64,000 nucleotides of DNA, taken from positions 434,001 to 498,000 of the forward strand of contig NIVC01000713.1 of NCBI GenBank assembly GCA_002269645.1. Reading direction: 5' to 3'. A program made the translations under genes and the position numbers. Positions 1-11,994 of the stretch are shown here, in pieces. The notes beneath the pieces are model-generated. The model was not told the origin of the DNA, made no database searches, and saw nothing but the letters and a program-made list of their open reading frames with translations. Source of the DNA: Macrostomum lignano. Taxonomy: Eukaryota. The number at the start of each line of letters is the position of its first letter. Within the stretch, counting starts at the first letter, position 1.

Positions 1-420
1 CTTTCCTCCCCTGACCCTGGCTTCTCTCTGCCTGGCCCTGGCTTTTCTCCTTACTGACCCCTGGCTTCTCTCCCCCTGACCCTGGCTTCCTTCCCCTGAC
101 CGTGGCTTCTCTCCCCCTGACCCCTGGCTTCCCTCCTCCTGACCTGTGGCTTCCCTCCCTCCTGACCCCTGGCTTCCCTCCTCCTGACCCGTGGCTTCCC
201 TCCCTCCTGACCCCTGGCTTCCCTCCTCCTGACCCGTGGCTTCCCTCCCTCCTGACCCGTGGCTTCCCTCCCTCCTGACCCGTGGCTTCCCTCCCTCCTG
301 ACCCCTGGCTTCCCTCCTCCTGACCCGTGGCTTCCCTCCCTCCTGACCCGTGGCTTCCCTCCCTCCTGACCCGTGGCTTCCCTCCCTCCTGACCCCTGGA
401 TTCCCTCCCTCCTGACCCCA
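1..420. repeat. Tandem array, ~20-22 bp unit (CCTGACCCGTGGCTTCCCTCCCT-like); runs off the window start
   Basis: Direct reading; it is the reverse complement of the GGGAAGCCAGGGTCAGG-type array at 6760-8400. Confidence 0.9.
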
Positions 421-3296
421 TGTTTCCTTCCCTCTTGACCCATGGCTCCATCTCTCCTTACCCGTATCTTCTGCCCTGCTCTGCCCTCTTGCTCTGACGT
501 CTGCTGTCTGCTCTACCTTGCTCCTTTGCCCCCTGCTCTTCTGTCCTCTGGTTTTCTGCCCCCTGCTCTGCCCCCGCTGCTTTGCTCCCTGCTGTCTACT
601 CTACCCTGCTTCTCCGCCCTCTGCTAAAGTATTAGTACCAAGCAGCACAGCTTTTTTAATAAAAAAATCAAATTTTTTTTGTCAATTTATTGAAAGCACA
701 TTCTTCCTTCAGAAAAAGCTACCGGTGAAGCCCAGCTGCTGTCCCATTGGCACCTTTGCTTTTGCCTCTGGTGCGATTGGCCTAGCAACAAACAAGCAGC
801 TGTTCACCCACAAAAGCTATCCAAGCGCGAGCTTTCTTACTATATATGTACACACTGAGCTGAAATTAGTTTGTACGTACCGCCACTATGAGTTCTGATA
901 CACTGACATCTGGTGCAACCGTTACGGCCGGGTCTGCCGCTGGTTCCACTTAAGCAGCCGCCTCAAACATCGCTGCTGCAGCCGAAACTGAAGCTGGCTC
1001 CGCCAAAGCTATTTTTTAATTCTTTAATATATGTCGACAATCCCTTTAACATTTAGATCACCGAATTCTGTTAATACATGTTCAGATCTTGTAAAGCTCA
1101 ACAAAAGCACCCATTTGTCATCGCCCTTTTCCAATATTGCTACTCGCATTACTCCCTGTGCAATGGGAGCCACACTCGACGTTTTTGGTGTCGTGTTTTT
1201 AGGTTGTTTATGGGTGGATTTTCCATTTGTAAAAGCATTTTTCGAATCAATGCAGTTTGTAACATCGGAGCTTCATATATTAAATTGCTGTGATTTCTGG
1301 GAGACATTTTTTCGAGACGATACTGCTCTGTGACAGGGCGGTGTTCAACGTGTGCCATTTTAATTCAATACTTGATCACAAAGCTTGGAGCAAGTGCCAC
1401 TAGACTTCAGTGTCAGGCTTTCAGTTTAAGCAAATAATCCAAAATAATTTTGGCTGTACCATTTTGGACAAACAATGACCAACCCTGTCGAAATCCTGTT
1501 GTTTTTACAGGTTCTTATATATCTACAAGAAACTGACAGGTGTTTTTTGTTGTTACCGCCAGTTAATTTTTTAAACTACTGCTCTTCATGAAGACGCGTG
1601 CAAAAAATACAGATATAAACTTTCATGTTACATACAATTATGACCAGGAGCTTTCCGATTTTAGTTGGTCATATAATTTTGTCGAATACTTGGTTTTGTG
1701 TTTCTGGAGTTATTTCTTAAATAGCATGCGCTCCGCAAAATTTTGTTGATTTAGCTTTACACTCCAGAAGTAAATTTTTCTCAGTGAACTCACATTTTAG
1801 TTCGCTCTTAGTGGTGCAGCTTAAGCATGTTTCGAATGCTCCCAGCAAGCTGCCGAGAGTTCCTGCACTGGCAAGAAAGGACGCTGCCTTGGTGTAGGGC
1901 GCTGAAGTGAACAAAAGTGCGCTCGATCGTCAGCGGTGCACATTTGCTGCATGGGCATTCCGTTTTGTGCTGAGCGGTGACGTACGCTTTTTTGAGGGGT
2001 CTGCAGTCCAGGCGGCGTCATGAAGGAGGGAGTGGGTGCTCCTGCTTCTGAGAAGCCCTCAGAGTACTCTGGAGTGAGAGTTCTGCTTCTCACGTTCGAT
2101 GTAGTTGAAAAGTCCCCGAATGCTAGAATATGCACTGTGCCCTTTGACAACCATTGTTATATAAGGTCTTGGTTGCAAGCTTGGTGCTCCTGAATATAGA
2201 CCAGGAAATGTCTGTTAATGGTGTCTTGGTAAAAGTGCTCAAGAGAGAAATCTTCATGCGATTCTGATGAGCGCTCACCAGCTGGTGGGCCATGGGTATT
2301 CCGGCTATAGTGGTTGCATGGAGCAAACCTGAGGCAGGGGTCTAGCAAGGAAGACTCACTTATTGTGGATAAAAATTTACGCATATTCATACATGTAGGG
2401 TCTAATTGGGCTTTCAGCAACGCAGGGGAAGCGGCAAAATAAGGGCGGGGGCTCGCAGCAGTCTACTGATTCAGTCGGACTGCTAGTCTGGGGAGCTGTC
2501 AAAACAGCCGATGCGCGGTGCACCAGCTGCCGATGCTGCTTCAACCGCCTACCAACCTGTTCGCGCTGCCAGGAGCGAACTACAAATTAAGTTTTTCCGC
2601 TCGATTCAAGTCATGTGACGAAACCCGGGGGCTGCCTGAGAATATCTGTGTAAACCTCCGGGCTCTAGCGCTGAAAATTACCAGCCGCCATGCATGCCTC
2701 ACAAGCACTTTTCCACCTCTGGATGCTGTTTTGTAGCTGACGTTGCGGTCAAGTTTCAATTATCTCGACAGCGCGGGCCCGGGTTTTTGTTTGTTTGCCG
2801 AAGGGCGTGGCCGCCTCTGCAGTCACCTGTGCAGGAGTACAACCGAAAAACTCCCACACTACTAGAAATGGCACGTACATGTAACACTCTAATGGGCTCT
2901 ATGCGAGGAGGCATACAAGGGACGGTTTACTTGTAGTCAGTGCTGGAAATGAGGAATGTAAAGACTTTAGCATAAGGGGGATCTTTAGTTGGTGGGCGAC
3001 TCTATAGGAAATGAAGGGGTTCCCGGCGGGGACCGGTGGTTCGGCCTCTCGGGAAAACAAACAATAATAAAACAAAGCAACACGCGTTCAAAAACGGGTT
3101 CCTTTTTATAATTCTCTGAGACACGCGATCACGTGAGCGTGTGATGTGTGACATTGAAGGCCGTGACCTGTCCTTGACCTCCGGTACCAAGCAATCCTGA
3201 TGAACCCTCCTGGTGAACTTATCGCAGGTGCCTGTATGGTACGTGAGGAAATAAGGCGAGGCGAAGGCGACCTATGGTAAGATATCAACGAGTGGA

Positions 3297-3665
3297 CTGG
3301 CGTGTATCACCGCGCCGGCCTACTGGTGCGTCCAAGCGACCTGTTGCGCTGTCGGCGACTCCAGCTGGCAGGTCATATCATCCGTGCTGAATCGTACTGG
3401 CCATAGCCGGTGCAGGAGGTCCTGCTGCTGATGCTGCAGGCACCGGCCCTACCGGCGGGGACAGGCGCGCACTCGGCGTTTCGTCGACTGCCTGCTGGCT
3501 GACGCCGGCGCCCCGGACTCTGCCGCCGGAGCGGCCTATGTTCGCACTCTGGCCTTGAGACGCGCCCTGTGACACTAGAGACTATCCAGTGTACTTTTGT
3601 TGTTTGTTGTTGTTGGCCTTGAGGCGCGCCGTGTGACGCTAACTGCGTATTCTGTTGTTGTTGTT
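3297..3665 (+). mobile_element. 5'-truncated non-LTR retrotransposon (RTE-like LINE) 3' end with (TTG)n tail
   Basis: Degenerate translation ..[39 protein letters not shown]; similar to 30615-30945, whose LLY-AETWTL motif is typical of the post-RT region of RTE elements; ends in ttgttg runs. Confidence 0.7.
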
Positions 3666-5109
3666 CTGGTTATGCTATCTGTTATCTGGTTCTGGCTATG
3701 CCGTTTGGCGTGTACCTATAAAAAACCCGGATCAGCCGCTAGTTTTGTTCAGGGGAGCTCGACCATGCACTAATCAAGCATACACTATCAACAGCCGAGA
3801 GTGTTCAGCTAAATTACAGCAGGATGCATACTATAGAGAGCGAGTTCTAGGGAGTCTTCACTGGAATCTGTTGTTTATAGTATATAGCTCGTACTTTTAG
3901 TACTTTATATAGTAATTGTCAGATACATAATATTGATTAATATTGTTAATGCAAACAGCTGTGCGTATCCCTTTCTAGAGAGTTCAATAAATATCCAATA
4001 CAGTATCGTACCGATATATCTATGGTTGTTAGTTCATATCGCAAATACGCTAAAACTTTAAGTGCCCCCCAAACTGCTCAATTTTTCATATTGTGTATTT
4101 CTTTTTGTTCAAACTGATAAAATATACTTAATTAAAAGAAGCAAATTTCAACAGAATGAATGTGTAATCGCTTGTACTTCGTACGTACGTATGGTCAAGT
4201 CACTTGGCTATATCCTGTTACATGTAATTTCTAGCTCATGTAACTGTAATATGATGTATGGGATGTACGTATATGATAAATGTGTAGATCACAGTTTGTG
4301 AGTTCCACAAGTCATAAATAATGTTACCAAATATGGCATGATAAACATGGCAATGTACATGTATGCGCCTTATTGTAGGTAGAAACTGTGTTCAGGTATA
4401 TTCTATTGTATGTCAATACATTTTGCACTTACATGTATAGTCGGAGTTCACGTCCTGGAAAGCAATTACTCGTAGCACATGTGCATGAAGCTGTGATTCT
4501 TATTTTAAAGAAGATTCTTAACCAAATTTCTAAACAGTCCAGAGGTGCACGCACTAAATTCAGGGAACGGCAGGAGTCGCATGCGGACGTCCGTTCTGTC
4601 TTCCGTGTACTTCTACATGTACGATTAATATAAGAAATTCCATTGAAGCCATTCAGAATCGCTTCCGTACTTTATTGGTGCCCTCTCAAGTGCTAATGAC
4701 CCCTCCTCGCTACGCCCCAACATTGGCACCTACACAGAACACACTAACACCTAACCTCATCTTTTAATGAGTTGCATAGCGCTATGCGTGATGAAGTACT
4801 GTACGAGTAACGCAGGTTACTATCGAAAATAATCTCAAAATTCTATCCCTTTTCTAACAGCCCGAAATACATTAACTCGATCCACGTATCGATCCACGTA
4901 CTCGATATACGTAATTGTATGTGGCGCTTTCATCAATAAGGCTTTTTAGCTTGTCCTAGTTTTTTTAACAAACGAACTAAATTAAGTTTATTAGAACATA
5001 CTTAAGGTCTTAAAAATAGCGTTATACAGCTATATTCCCCTAGTACAGGAAGTTTCCAAAGCACTTCTCTGGCTAGAGTTGGCGCCAGAGGAACTCGCTA
5101 AGATGAGAC

Positions 5110-5500
5110 TCAAAAAAGGTCGTCACTAGCGCCATGCTGGCTGCAAAACTTCGCCTTCACGAGTGCCCAGGTGCCTTCGATGTTGTTTGTGGGCACAGTT
5201 GGATCGTTTGGATCAACGAAATGCAGACGGTGATTGACAAACACCTGGGGAAGCGCACTATATACATGCCAGCCGTCAGTTAAAATGCGTGTCCCAGGCA
5301 ACACATCTGCTGAATAATCTGACTCAGCAGACCGGTTGGGTACTTGTACCATCATGCATTTGCGTGTACCTTGCTCGACCATCCCAAGCACCCAGTGGCC
5401 CTCGCGGTAAGCTCCCTGGTAATATTTGCGATGAAAAAATTGGACTCATCCACTTCAACTTCTCTTCCTTTTATTGGCTTTTTTATTGCAAACAAAAAAG
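5110..5500 (-). pseudogene. Merlin / IS1595 (ISXO2)-like DDE transposase remnant
   Basis: Two frames give GREVEVDESNF.. and LGMVEQGTRKCMMVQVPNRSA..VLPGTRILTDGW..VNHRLHFVDP..TNNIEGTWALVK, matching the ISXO2/Merlin catalytic core (VEIDES, SDxW, HTxxIE); frameshifted and truncated. Confidence 0.75.
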
Positions 5501-5861
5501 AACAATTATTTCTGTTTTCGTACAACATATCCTTTATTTTTTTCTCGCTCATCGCACATTCCATTGTCAGCTGCTAGTATTTTCTATTTGTCGTTCTTTT
5601 TAAAAAAAATGGCACAATTCAGGTACACTAAATGGCACACTATAATAAAAAACGAGAAAAGAACACGGACAATTCGATTTAACAATTCCACAAGACTTAG
5701 CAACAGCCGCAAAAACGAACGTACCACGACGTGAACACCTACAAGTCAACTTATGATTTTTTGACCAAAATATAAAATATGCAGAAGGTACAAGTGGTCA
5801 GTTCAGCCACACTGTTAGAGCGCGACGACAGTCCTTTGGTCAAACCTCTCAGCTCTCAACT

Positions 5862-6050
5862 TCCACCACCTTCCCGCTCTCAGCTCCCGCCACCTTCCCG
5901 CTCTCAGCTCCCGCCACCTTCCCGCTCTCAGCTCCCGCCACCTTCCCGCTCTCAGCTCATGCCACCTTCCCGCTCTCAGCTCCCGCCACCTTCCCGCTCT
6001 CAGCTCCCGCCACCTTCCCGCTCTCAGCTCCCGCCACCTTACCGCTCTCC
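5862..6050. repeat. 24-bp tandem repeat (CCGCCACCTTCCCGCTCTCAGCTC), ~8 copies
   Basis: Direct reading; explains the SQLPPPSR ORF. Confidence 0.9.
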
Positions 6051-6759
6051 TCGCCTCTGCCAAAATTAGATATGGCTTGTCAATGCATGGCTTTTGTGTT
6101 ATGGCTATTGGTGACTTGTGAAACCTCACTAACGGTGATCGGAAGTACTAATGCGTGTATATGTGCATGCATAGAGTACATGAGCAAGAAACTAACAAGT
6201 TATGGATAAAAGTAGAGCAAGGGTAAAAGGTACGGATAAACAAAGTTAAAAAATTGACTGTAAATAAAGCTAACAGGAACTGTCAATGATACGAATTTCC
6301 ATTTGCTGACAGCTCAAGACAAAATCCTTTCAACGACCGTTCCATTCTGAGCTAACTTTGATACGATCACCGCATTGCTGAAGGTTATGGTACGCTTTGC
6401 ACCGACTGTAGCGTTGTTCGAGGCGGCTGCTTAGGCAGAACCAGCGGCAGTCCCGGCCGCAGCAGCGTTCTTCGAGGCGGAGACCAAAGCAAAGGTGCCA
6501 ATAGGACAGCAGCTGGGCTTCACCGGTAGCTTTTTCTGAAGGAAGAATGTGCTTTCAATAAGCTGTGCTGCTTGGTACTAATACGAGACTAGTTTTAGCA
6601 GAGGGCGGAGAAGCAGGGTACAGCAGATAGCAGAGAGGGCAGAGCAGGAAGCAAAGCCGTGCGGACAGAGCAGAAGGCAGAAAACCAGGAGGCAGAGCAG
6701 GAGAGAAAGAGCAAGGAGGCAGAGCCACTGGTCAAGAGTGAGGGAAGCCATGGGTCAGT

Positions 6760-8400
6760 AGAGGAAGCCATGGGTCAGGAGAGAGGGAAACAAGGGTCAG
6801 GAGTGAGGGAATCCAGGGTTCAGGAGAGAGGGAGCCATGGGTCAGGAGGGAGGGAAGCCAGGGGGTCAGGAGGGAGGGAAACAAGGGTCAGGAGGGAGAG
6901 AAGCCAGGGTCAGGGGAGGGAAGCCAGGGTCAGGGGGAGAGAAGCCAGGGTCAGGGGAAGGAAGCCAGAGTCAGGGGAAGGAAGCCAGGGTCAGGACAGG
7001 GAAGCCAGGGTCGGGGGAGAGAAGCCAGGGTCAGGGGAGAGAAGCCAGGGTCGGGGGAGAGAAGCTAGGGTCAGGGGAGGGAAGCCAAGGTCTGGGGAAG
7101 GAAGCCAGGGTCAGGGCAGGGAAGCTAGGGTCAGGGGAAGAAAGAAGCCAGGGTCAAGGGAGGGAAGCCAGGATCAGGGGAGGGAAGCCAGGGTCAGGGG
7201 GAGGGAAGCCAGGGTCAGGGGGAGAGAAGCCAGAGTCAGGGGAAGGAAGCCAGGGTCAGGACAGGGAAGCCAGGGTCAGGGGGAGAGAAGCCAGGGGTTA
7301 GTAAGGAGAAAAGCCAGGCCAGGCAGAGAGAAGCCAGGGTCAGGGGAGAGAAGCCAGGGTCAGGGGAGGAGAGAAGCCAGGGTCAAGGGAGGGAAGCCAG
7401 GGTCAGGGGAGAGAAGCCAGGATCAGGGAAGGGAAGCCAGGGTCAGGGGGAGAGAAGCTAGGGCCAAGTGGAGAGAAGCCAGGGTCAGGGGAGGGAAGCC
7501 AGGGTCAGGGGGAGAGAAGCCAGGGCCAAGTGGAGAGAAGCCAGGGTCAGGGGATAGAAGCCAGGGTCAGGGGAAGGAAGCCAGGGTCATGGGAGGGAAG
7601 CTAGGGTCAGGGGAAGGAAGCCAGGGTCAGGGGGAGGGAAGCCAGGGGTCAGTAAGGAGAAAAGCCAGGGCCAGGGGGAGAGAAGCCAGGGTCAGGGGGA
7701 GAGAAGCCAGGGTCAGGGGAGAGAAGCTAGGGTCAAGGGAGGGAAGCCAGGGTCAGGGGAGGAGAAGCCAGGGTCAGGGGATGGAAGCCAGGGTCAGGGG
7801 GGAGAAGCCAGGGTCAGGGGAGGGAAGCCAGGGTCAAGGGAGGGAAGCCAGGGTCAGGGGAGGGAAGCCAGGGTCAGGGGAGGGAAGCCAGGGTCAGGGG
7901 GAGAGAAGTTAGGGTCAAGGGAGGGAAGCCAGGGTCAGGGGGGAGAAGCCAGGGTCAGGGGAGGGAAGCCAGGGTCGAGGGAGGGAAGCCAGGGTCAGGG
8001 GAGGGAAGCCAGGGTCAGGGGGAGAGAAGCCAGGGCCAAGTGGAGGGAAGCCAGGGTCGAGGAGGGAAGCCAGGGTCAGGGGAAGGAAGCCAGGGTCAGA
8101 GAGGAGAGAAGCCAGGGTCAGGGGAGGAGAAAAGCCAGGGTCAGGGAAGGGAAGCCAGGGTCAGGGGAAGGAAGCCAGGGTCAGGGGAAGGAAGCCAGGG
8201 TCAGGGGAGGGAAGCCAGGGTCAGGGGAAGGAAGCCAGGGTCAGGGAGGAGAGAAGCCAGGGGTCAGGGGAGGAGAAAAGCCAGGGTCAGGGAAGGGAAG
8301 CCAGGGTCAGGGGAGTGAAGCCAGGGTCAGGGAGGAGAGAAGCCAGGGGTCAGTAAGGAGAGAAGCTAGGGTTAGAGGGAGGAAATCCAAGGTTAGGGGA
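6760..8400. repeat. Tandem array, ~20-22 bp unit (GGGAAGCCAGGGTCAGGGGA-like); right arm of the foldback-like structure
   Basis: Direct reading; the G/R/E-rich ORFs at 6659-8318 are its translation. Confidence 0.9.
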
Positions 8401-11322
8401 GAGGGGAACTAAGGAAAGGAAAATAAGTCAAACATCAGGTATTTGATATAAAATATTGTAGGCTTAGTTTTATAGTTTGTTATTTAGTCAAAGGCCTATT
8501 GGTATACATAAAGATTAAAGTAGATAGATAAAAAAAACAAAATTTTAAGGCTCTTATCTAGTAAGTTAGCTAAATCTATTCATTAAGGCCAAGTCAATAA
8601 GCTAGGCCTAGGCTTAGTGCTCAATAGGCTTTCGTACACATAGGGCTATAGCTAAATAATAGAATTTAATTGAATTGAAGCCTTTTTATAATTGAATAAA
8701 AGCTGCTTATAAGTTACTTCTCATAATATTAGACCTACATTTATATTTCAAATGCCTGTATTATTAATTAACTGACACGTGACAGGCTTTAAAACTATAG
8801 AAAAAAATTACTCAAGCAATCACATAATAATGTACAAGAAATTTAAGAAAAGCTCCTTTTATTTATCTTGTACACGAAGCCTTGACTTGTTTAGTCTAGT
8901 GCATAGGCCAGCACAGCAATGCACAGTAGCACAACAAATACGCCTTAAAAGCTTTTGTTGAACGTTGAACATGTGGCAGTCGAGTGCCACTGTTGAACAC
9001 TTGATCAAATGATTACGCTAAGTTGCATGCCCAAGAAACAGTAATTTTTTATCCATCCAGTGAATTTCTGGCGTATCTTTTTCCGTTAAGTGGCCGTCCA
9101 GCCACTGTTTTAGTTTCCACTGGGTGCTAAAACGCGCTCCCTTGCGGTGGATTTTGTTAAAATTTTTCTCCCTTTTCCTTTGCGGCAAGCCGTCCACCCA
9201 AAGTTTCCACGCTTTGAAACTTTGCTCCATCGGCCTGTCCAATGTAACTTCCAAACGTTGTGCATGCAATTCTCTCTCTTTATTTATAATCTGCGCATGA
9301 TGAGTTGATTTCTAACCCCTTTTCTCCCCCACCCTTTTGGTTTGCGACCCCCTATTGCCTTAATCTAATTTTCTTTTAAGTTTATTTAGCGCACCGGCGC
9401 CCGTGAACATCTCAGTCGTCTAAAAATCAATATTACTAATCATAAGCCTGCGTTATTCTTAATAAACCAGGCCCATAAACCAATATTACGAATCATATTT
9501 AATCTGCTGACATAAGCCATAGCATTTATTGAGTCATTTGCCCGTGGGGCGTAAAATAACCAAGTTCTCATCTCAAAGAAAGCTCTGAGACTTATCCGTT
9601 CCGTAATACGTAAATTACGGTGGTGGCAGCAACTACCCTACTGAAAGTAACCAGTTCAACACATCGACGCATTACTTTACGGAGCCAGAAATCTCCGGTG
9701 TTTCATCCCTTTGAACGACCCGAGCCGCTAAACGACCGCTCTGCTACGATTACGACTACCCTCCCCCCGGACTTGAGAACCCGGCAGTCGGAGAAAAGGA
9801 GAAGAAATTCCGTTGTGATTCATCTGCGCGATTTTTTTTCGGTTTTATTCGTGCGAACGCAACGCCACCGGTTTCGAAGAATTTCGGCCGACCTTCAACC
9901 CAGGAGTTTAAATTTTCTCCACCCCCACCTCACTGGTGTCAACAAATTTTCAAAACTCAGAACTTCCAAAAAATTCTTCTCCGCCCCACCTCAAACACAG
10001 GAACCATAGCTCATTCCTGTAAATTTTGTTTTCAAATTACATGCAAGCGAATTAATATTAACAAACGTCGATTTTTCTACTGCAAATTGTTATTAAACAC
10101 CCGTGAAAGCTTTCAATTGATACACTCCCATTTGATTGTATGGGAGCGCGCTTTGGGCCCGTCTAGCCGGGAAAAGCGAGAGCTCGAGAGCGCGCTTTCC
10201 TGCCGGTTAGCCCGATGATTTTGTAAGCTTTTGGCCCGGCTAGCCGGTTGTCGTCGGGTGGTCAGGTAGAGTAAAATTTTTGTTTGAACCAACAGGGCAA
10301 GAGGGATGCAAAATATAAATTAGAGCATGGTGTACAGATTCTCAATAAACATAATGTTTGCGCAATTGTAGCTTAGACCCTATCCAGTGAAGTGAACTCA
10401 CTACCTCAGTAAGCTCACACAGTGCTTACTCAGCTCGATCGATAGATGTTTAAAATTCAGCTCAGATATTAAAATTTAATTTATTTATGGATATAGAAAC
10501 GGTTTAAACAATTTTTACATGCTAAAAAGGAAACTCAAATCTATTGAAGTCTAAGAAAAACTAACAGAATACATTTTTTCTGTTTTAATTTCTCCTTACT
10601 CTTAATTAGCTTTAGAATTAATGGGATAATTTCTACTTTACATACAGGCCTGCTCCGTGGGCTTCAGTGCAAAGTGTGTTAAGCCCATTCGGACCCTCCC
10701 TTCGCCCTCCACTCCTCCACCCTCCGCCGTGTGCCGGGGATTTTTAAACCCCGTATTTCAGGCTTGGCCGTCTGTGTACATGCTCTGATTTTAACCATGT
10801 ATTGTTGCAAAATTTCAAGTGAGCTGCAGCTGGTCAGCATGCAGGCTTTTGTGGAATAAATTGAATACAAACATACATATAATTAAAGCTTCATAAAGCT
10901 ATAAATGCAGTAAATACAATCTAATAGTTGACATTTTAAAACAAATGTTAGAGGCATATCATTCCCCACTTCGTTCTTTGCTTTTGGCTGTAATAATTTT
11001 ATTACATTGTGTATTGTAGGGGGGGCCTACAATGGATGAAGCAATCAATGTACCAGCAAGTTGTCTTGTATGCACATCTGCAAAACTGAATCGTAGCTGT
11101 ATAGATGAAAATGAGTCCGTTACAATCGAAACTGTAAAGTCGGCTATATATTGTAAGTACCTCTGCTGGACTACTACCCAAGCAGAGCTATAGTACTACT
11201 AGTACCACAGTATATAACACGATAGTCTCTTAACCCACCTACACACATACATGTATATACTCGCAGTCGCAGATATATTTACATGCAAGCAATTAATTAA
11301 GTTTATATTTATAAATTGACAG

Positions 11323-11480
11323 CAGTGGCGCAGCCAGCAGGAAAATTACTTGGGGTAGCCATTCTCAGCACCCCCGGTGGAGGGGTGTTTTAAGGGGGGT
11401 TCTCTGGAATTTCGGTGGAGGGGGTAATTTCGGGGGGATACAATTTCAGGGGCAGCAGGCCCCCACTGGCTGCGCCAGTG
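11323..11480. mobile_element. hAT-type MITE, 158 bp
   Basis: 15-bp TIR CAGTGGCGCAGCCAG / CTGGCTGCGCCAGTG (1 mismatch); perfect 8-bp TSD ATTGACAG at 11315-11322 and 11481-11488. Confidence 0.85.
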
Positions 11481-11994
11481 ATTGACAGCATAACGTTTGA
11501 GTTAATATGAACTAAGATGATGATACGAGAAGTTTTGAATTCAAGACGGCTTTCTAAATAAACCATATATGCATTACAGTATTGCACTTTGAAGATGCTG
11601 TGAGGGGAGTGATGACTGGAAGGGAAAGGTATTAGCTAAAAAGAATTCTGAACAATATTAAAGCTAAAAGCCTCAACCAGTGAAACAAATTGGTTCATCT
11701 TCATCTCCTTCATCTCACGCCTACTTGCAACTTTCAGAGCACTCCCAGGCATTCAACCAATTCCGTGTACCTCTTGCAGCAATTTGCATGTACATGTACA
11801 AATGCAATAGATGTTAAAAAAACGGAGGCACATCTCCCTTCAGCCTTACTTGAGTCAGTGATGGTGCGCTTGCATTCAACTGAGCATACGTGTACAGTAG
11901 AGCTGGACTCTGGCCAGAACTGGATGTAGTTCTTTTCTGCTAGGTGCTGCAGACTCTCCCATCCGCGCACGGTATATTCCATCTTTTAGTTGAG

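Larger units (their letters stand above)
1..8420. mobile_element. Foldback-like structure: long inverted arms (unique part plus tandem-repeat part) around a ~5.4 kb interior
   Basis: Non-tandem sequence at ~420-790 and ~925-975 recurs inverted at ~6410-6790 (e.g. gaaagcacattcttccttcagaaaaagctaccggtgaagcccagctgctgtc vs gacagcagctgggcttcaccggtagctttttctgaaggaagaatgtgctttc), and the flanking arrays are also inverted. Left end lies outside the window; no TSD or transposase identified. Confidence 0.55.

Noticed and set aside
1024-1275. Minus-strand frame PIAQGVMRVAILEKGDDKWVLL reminiscent of an alpha-kinase glycine-rich loop
   Set aside because: Only a few residues match, the frame is short and other kinase motifs are absent; an HMM search would be needed.
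6659-8318. G/R/E-rich 417-aa ORF resembling RGG or collagen-like proteins
   Set aside because: Translation of the variable-length purine-rich array; same text appears in several frames.
10140-10260. GC-rich cluster of short palindromes and direct repeats (gagcgcgcttt twice, ctagccgg twice)
   Set aside because: No consistent long stem or element boundaries; cannot assign.
10640-10790. Possible MITE bounded by tacatacaggcc / ggccgtctgtgta
   Set aside because: TIR match is loose and no clear TSD.
11734-11982. 82-aa minus ORF MEYTVRGWESLQHLAEKNYIQFW..
   Set aside because: No recognisable family and no convincing exon partners.
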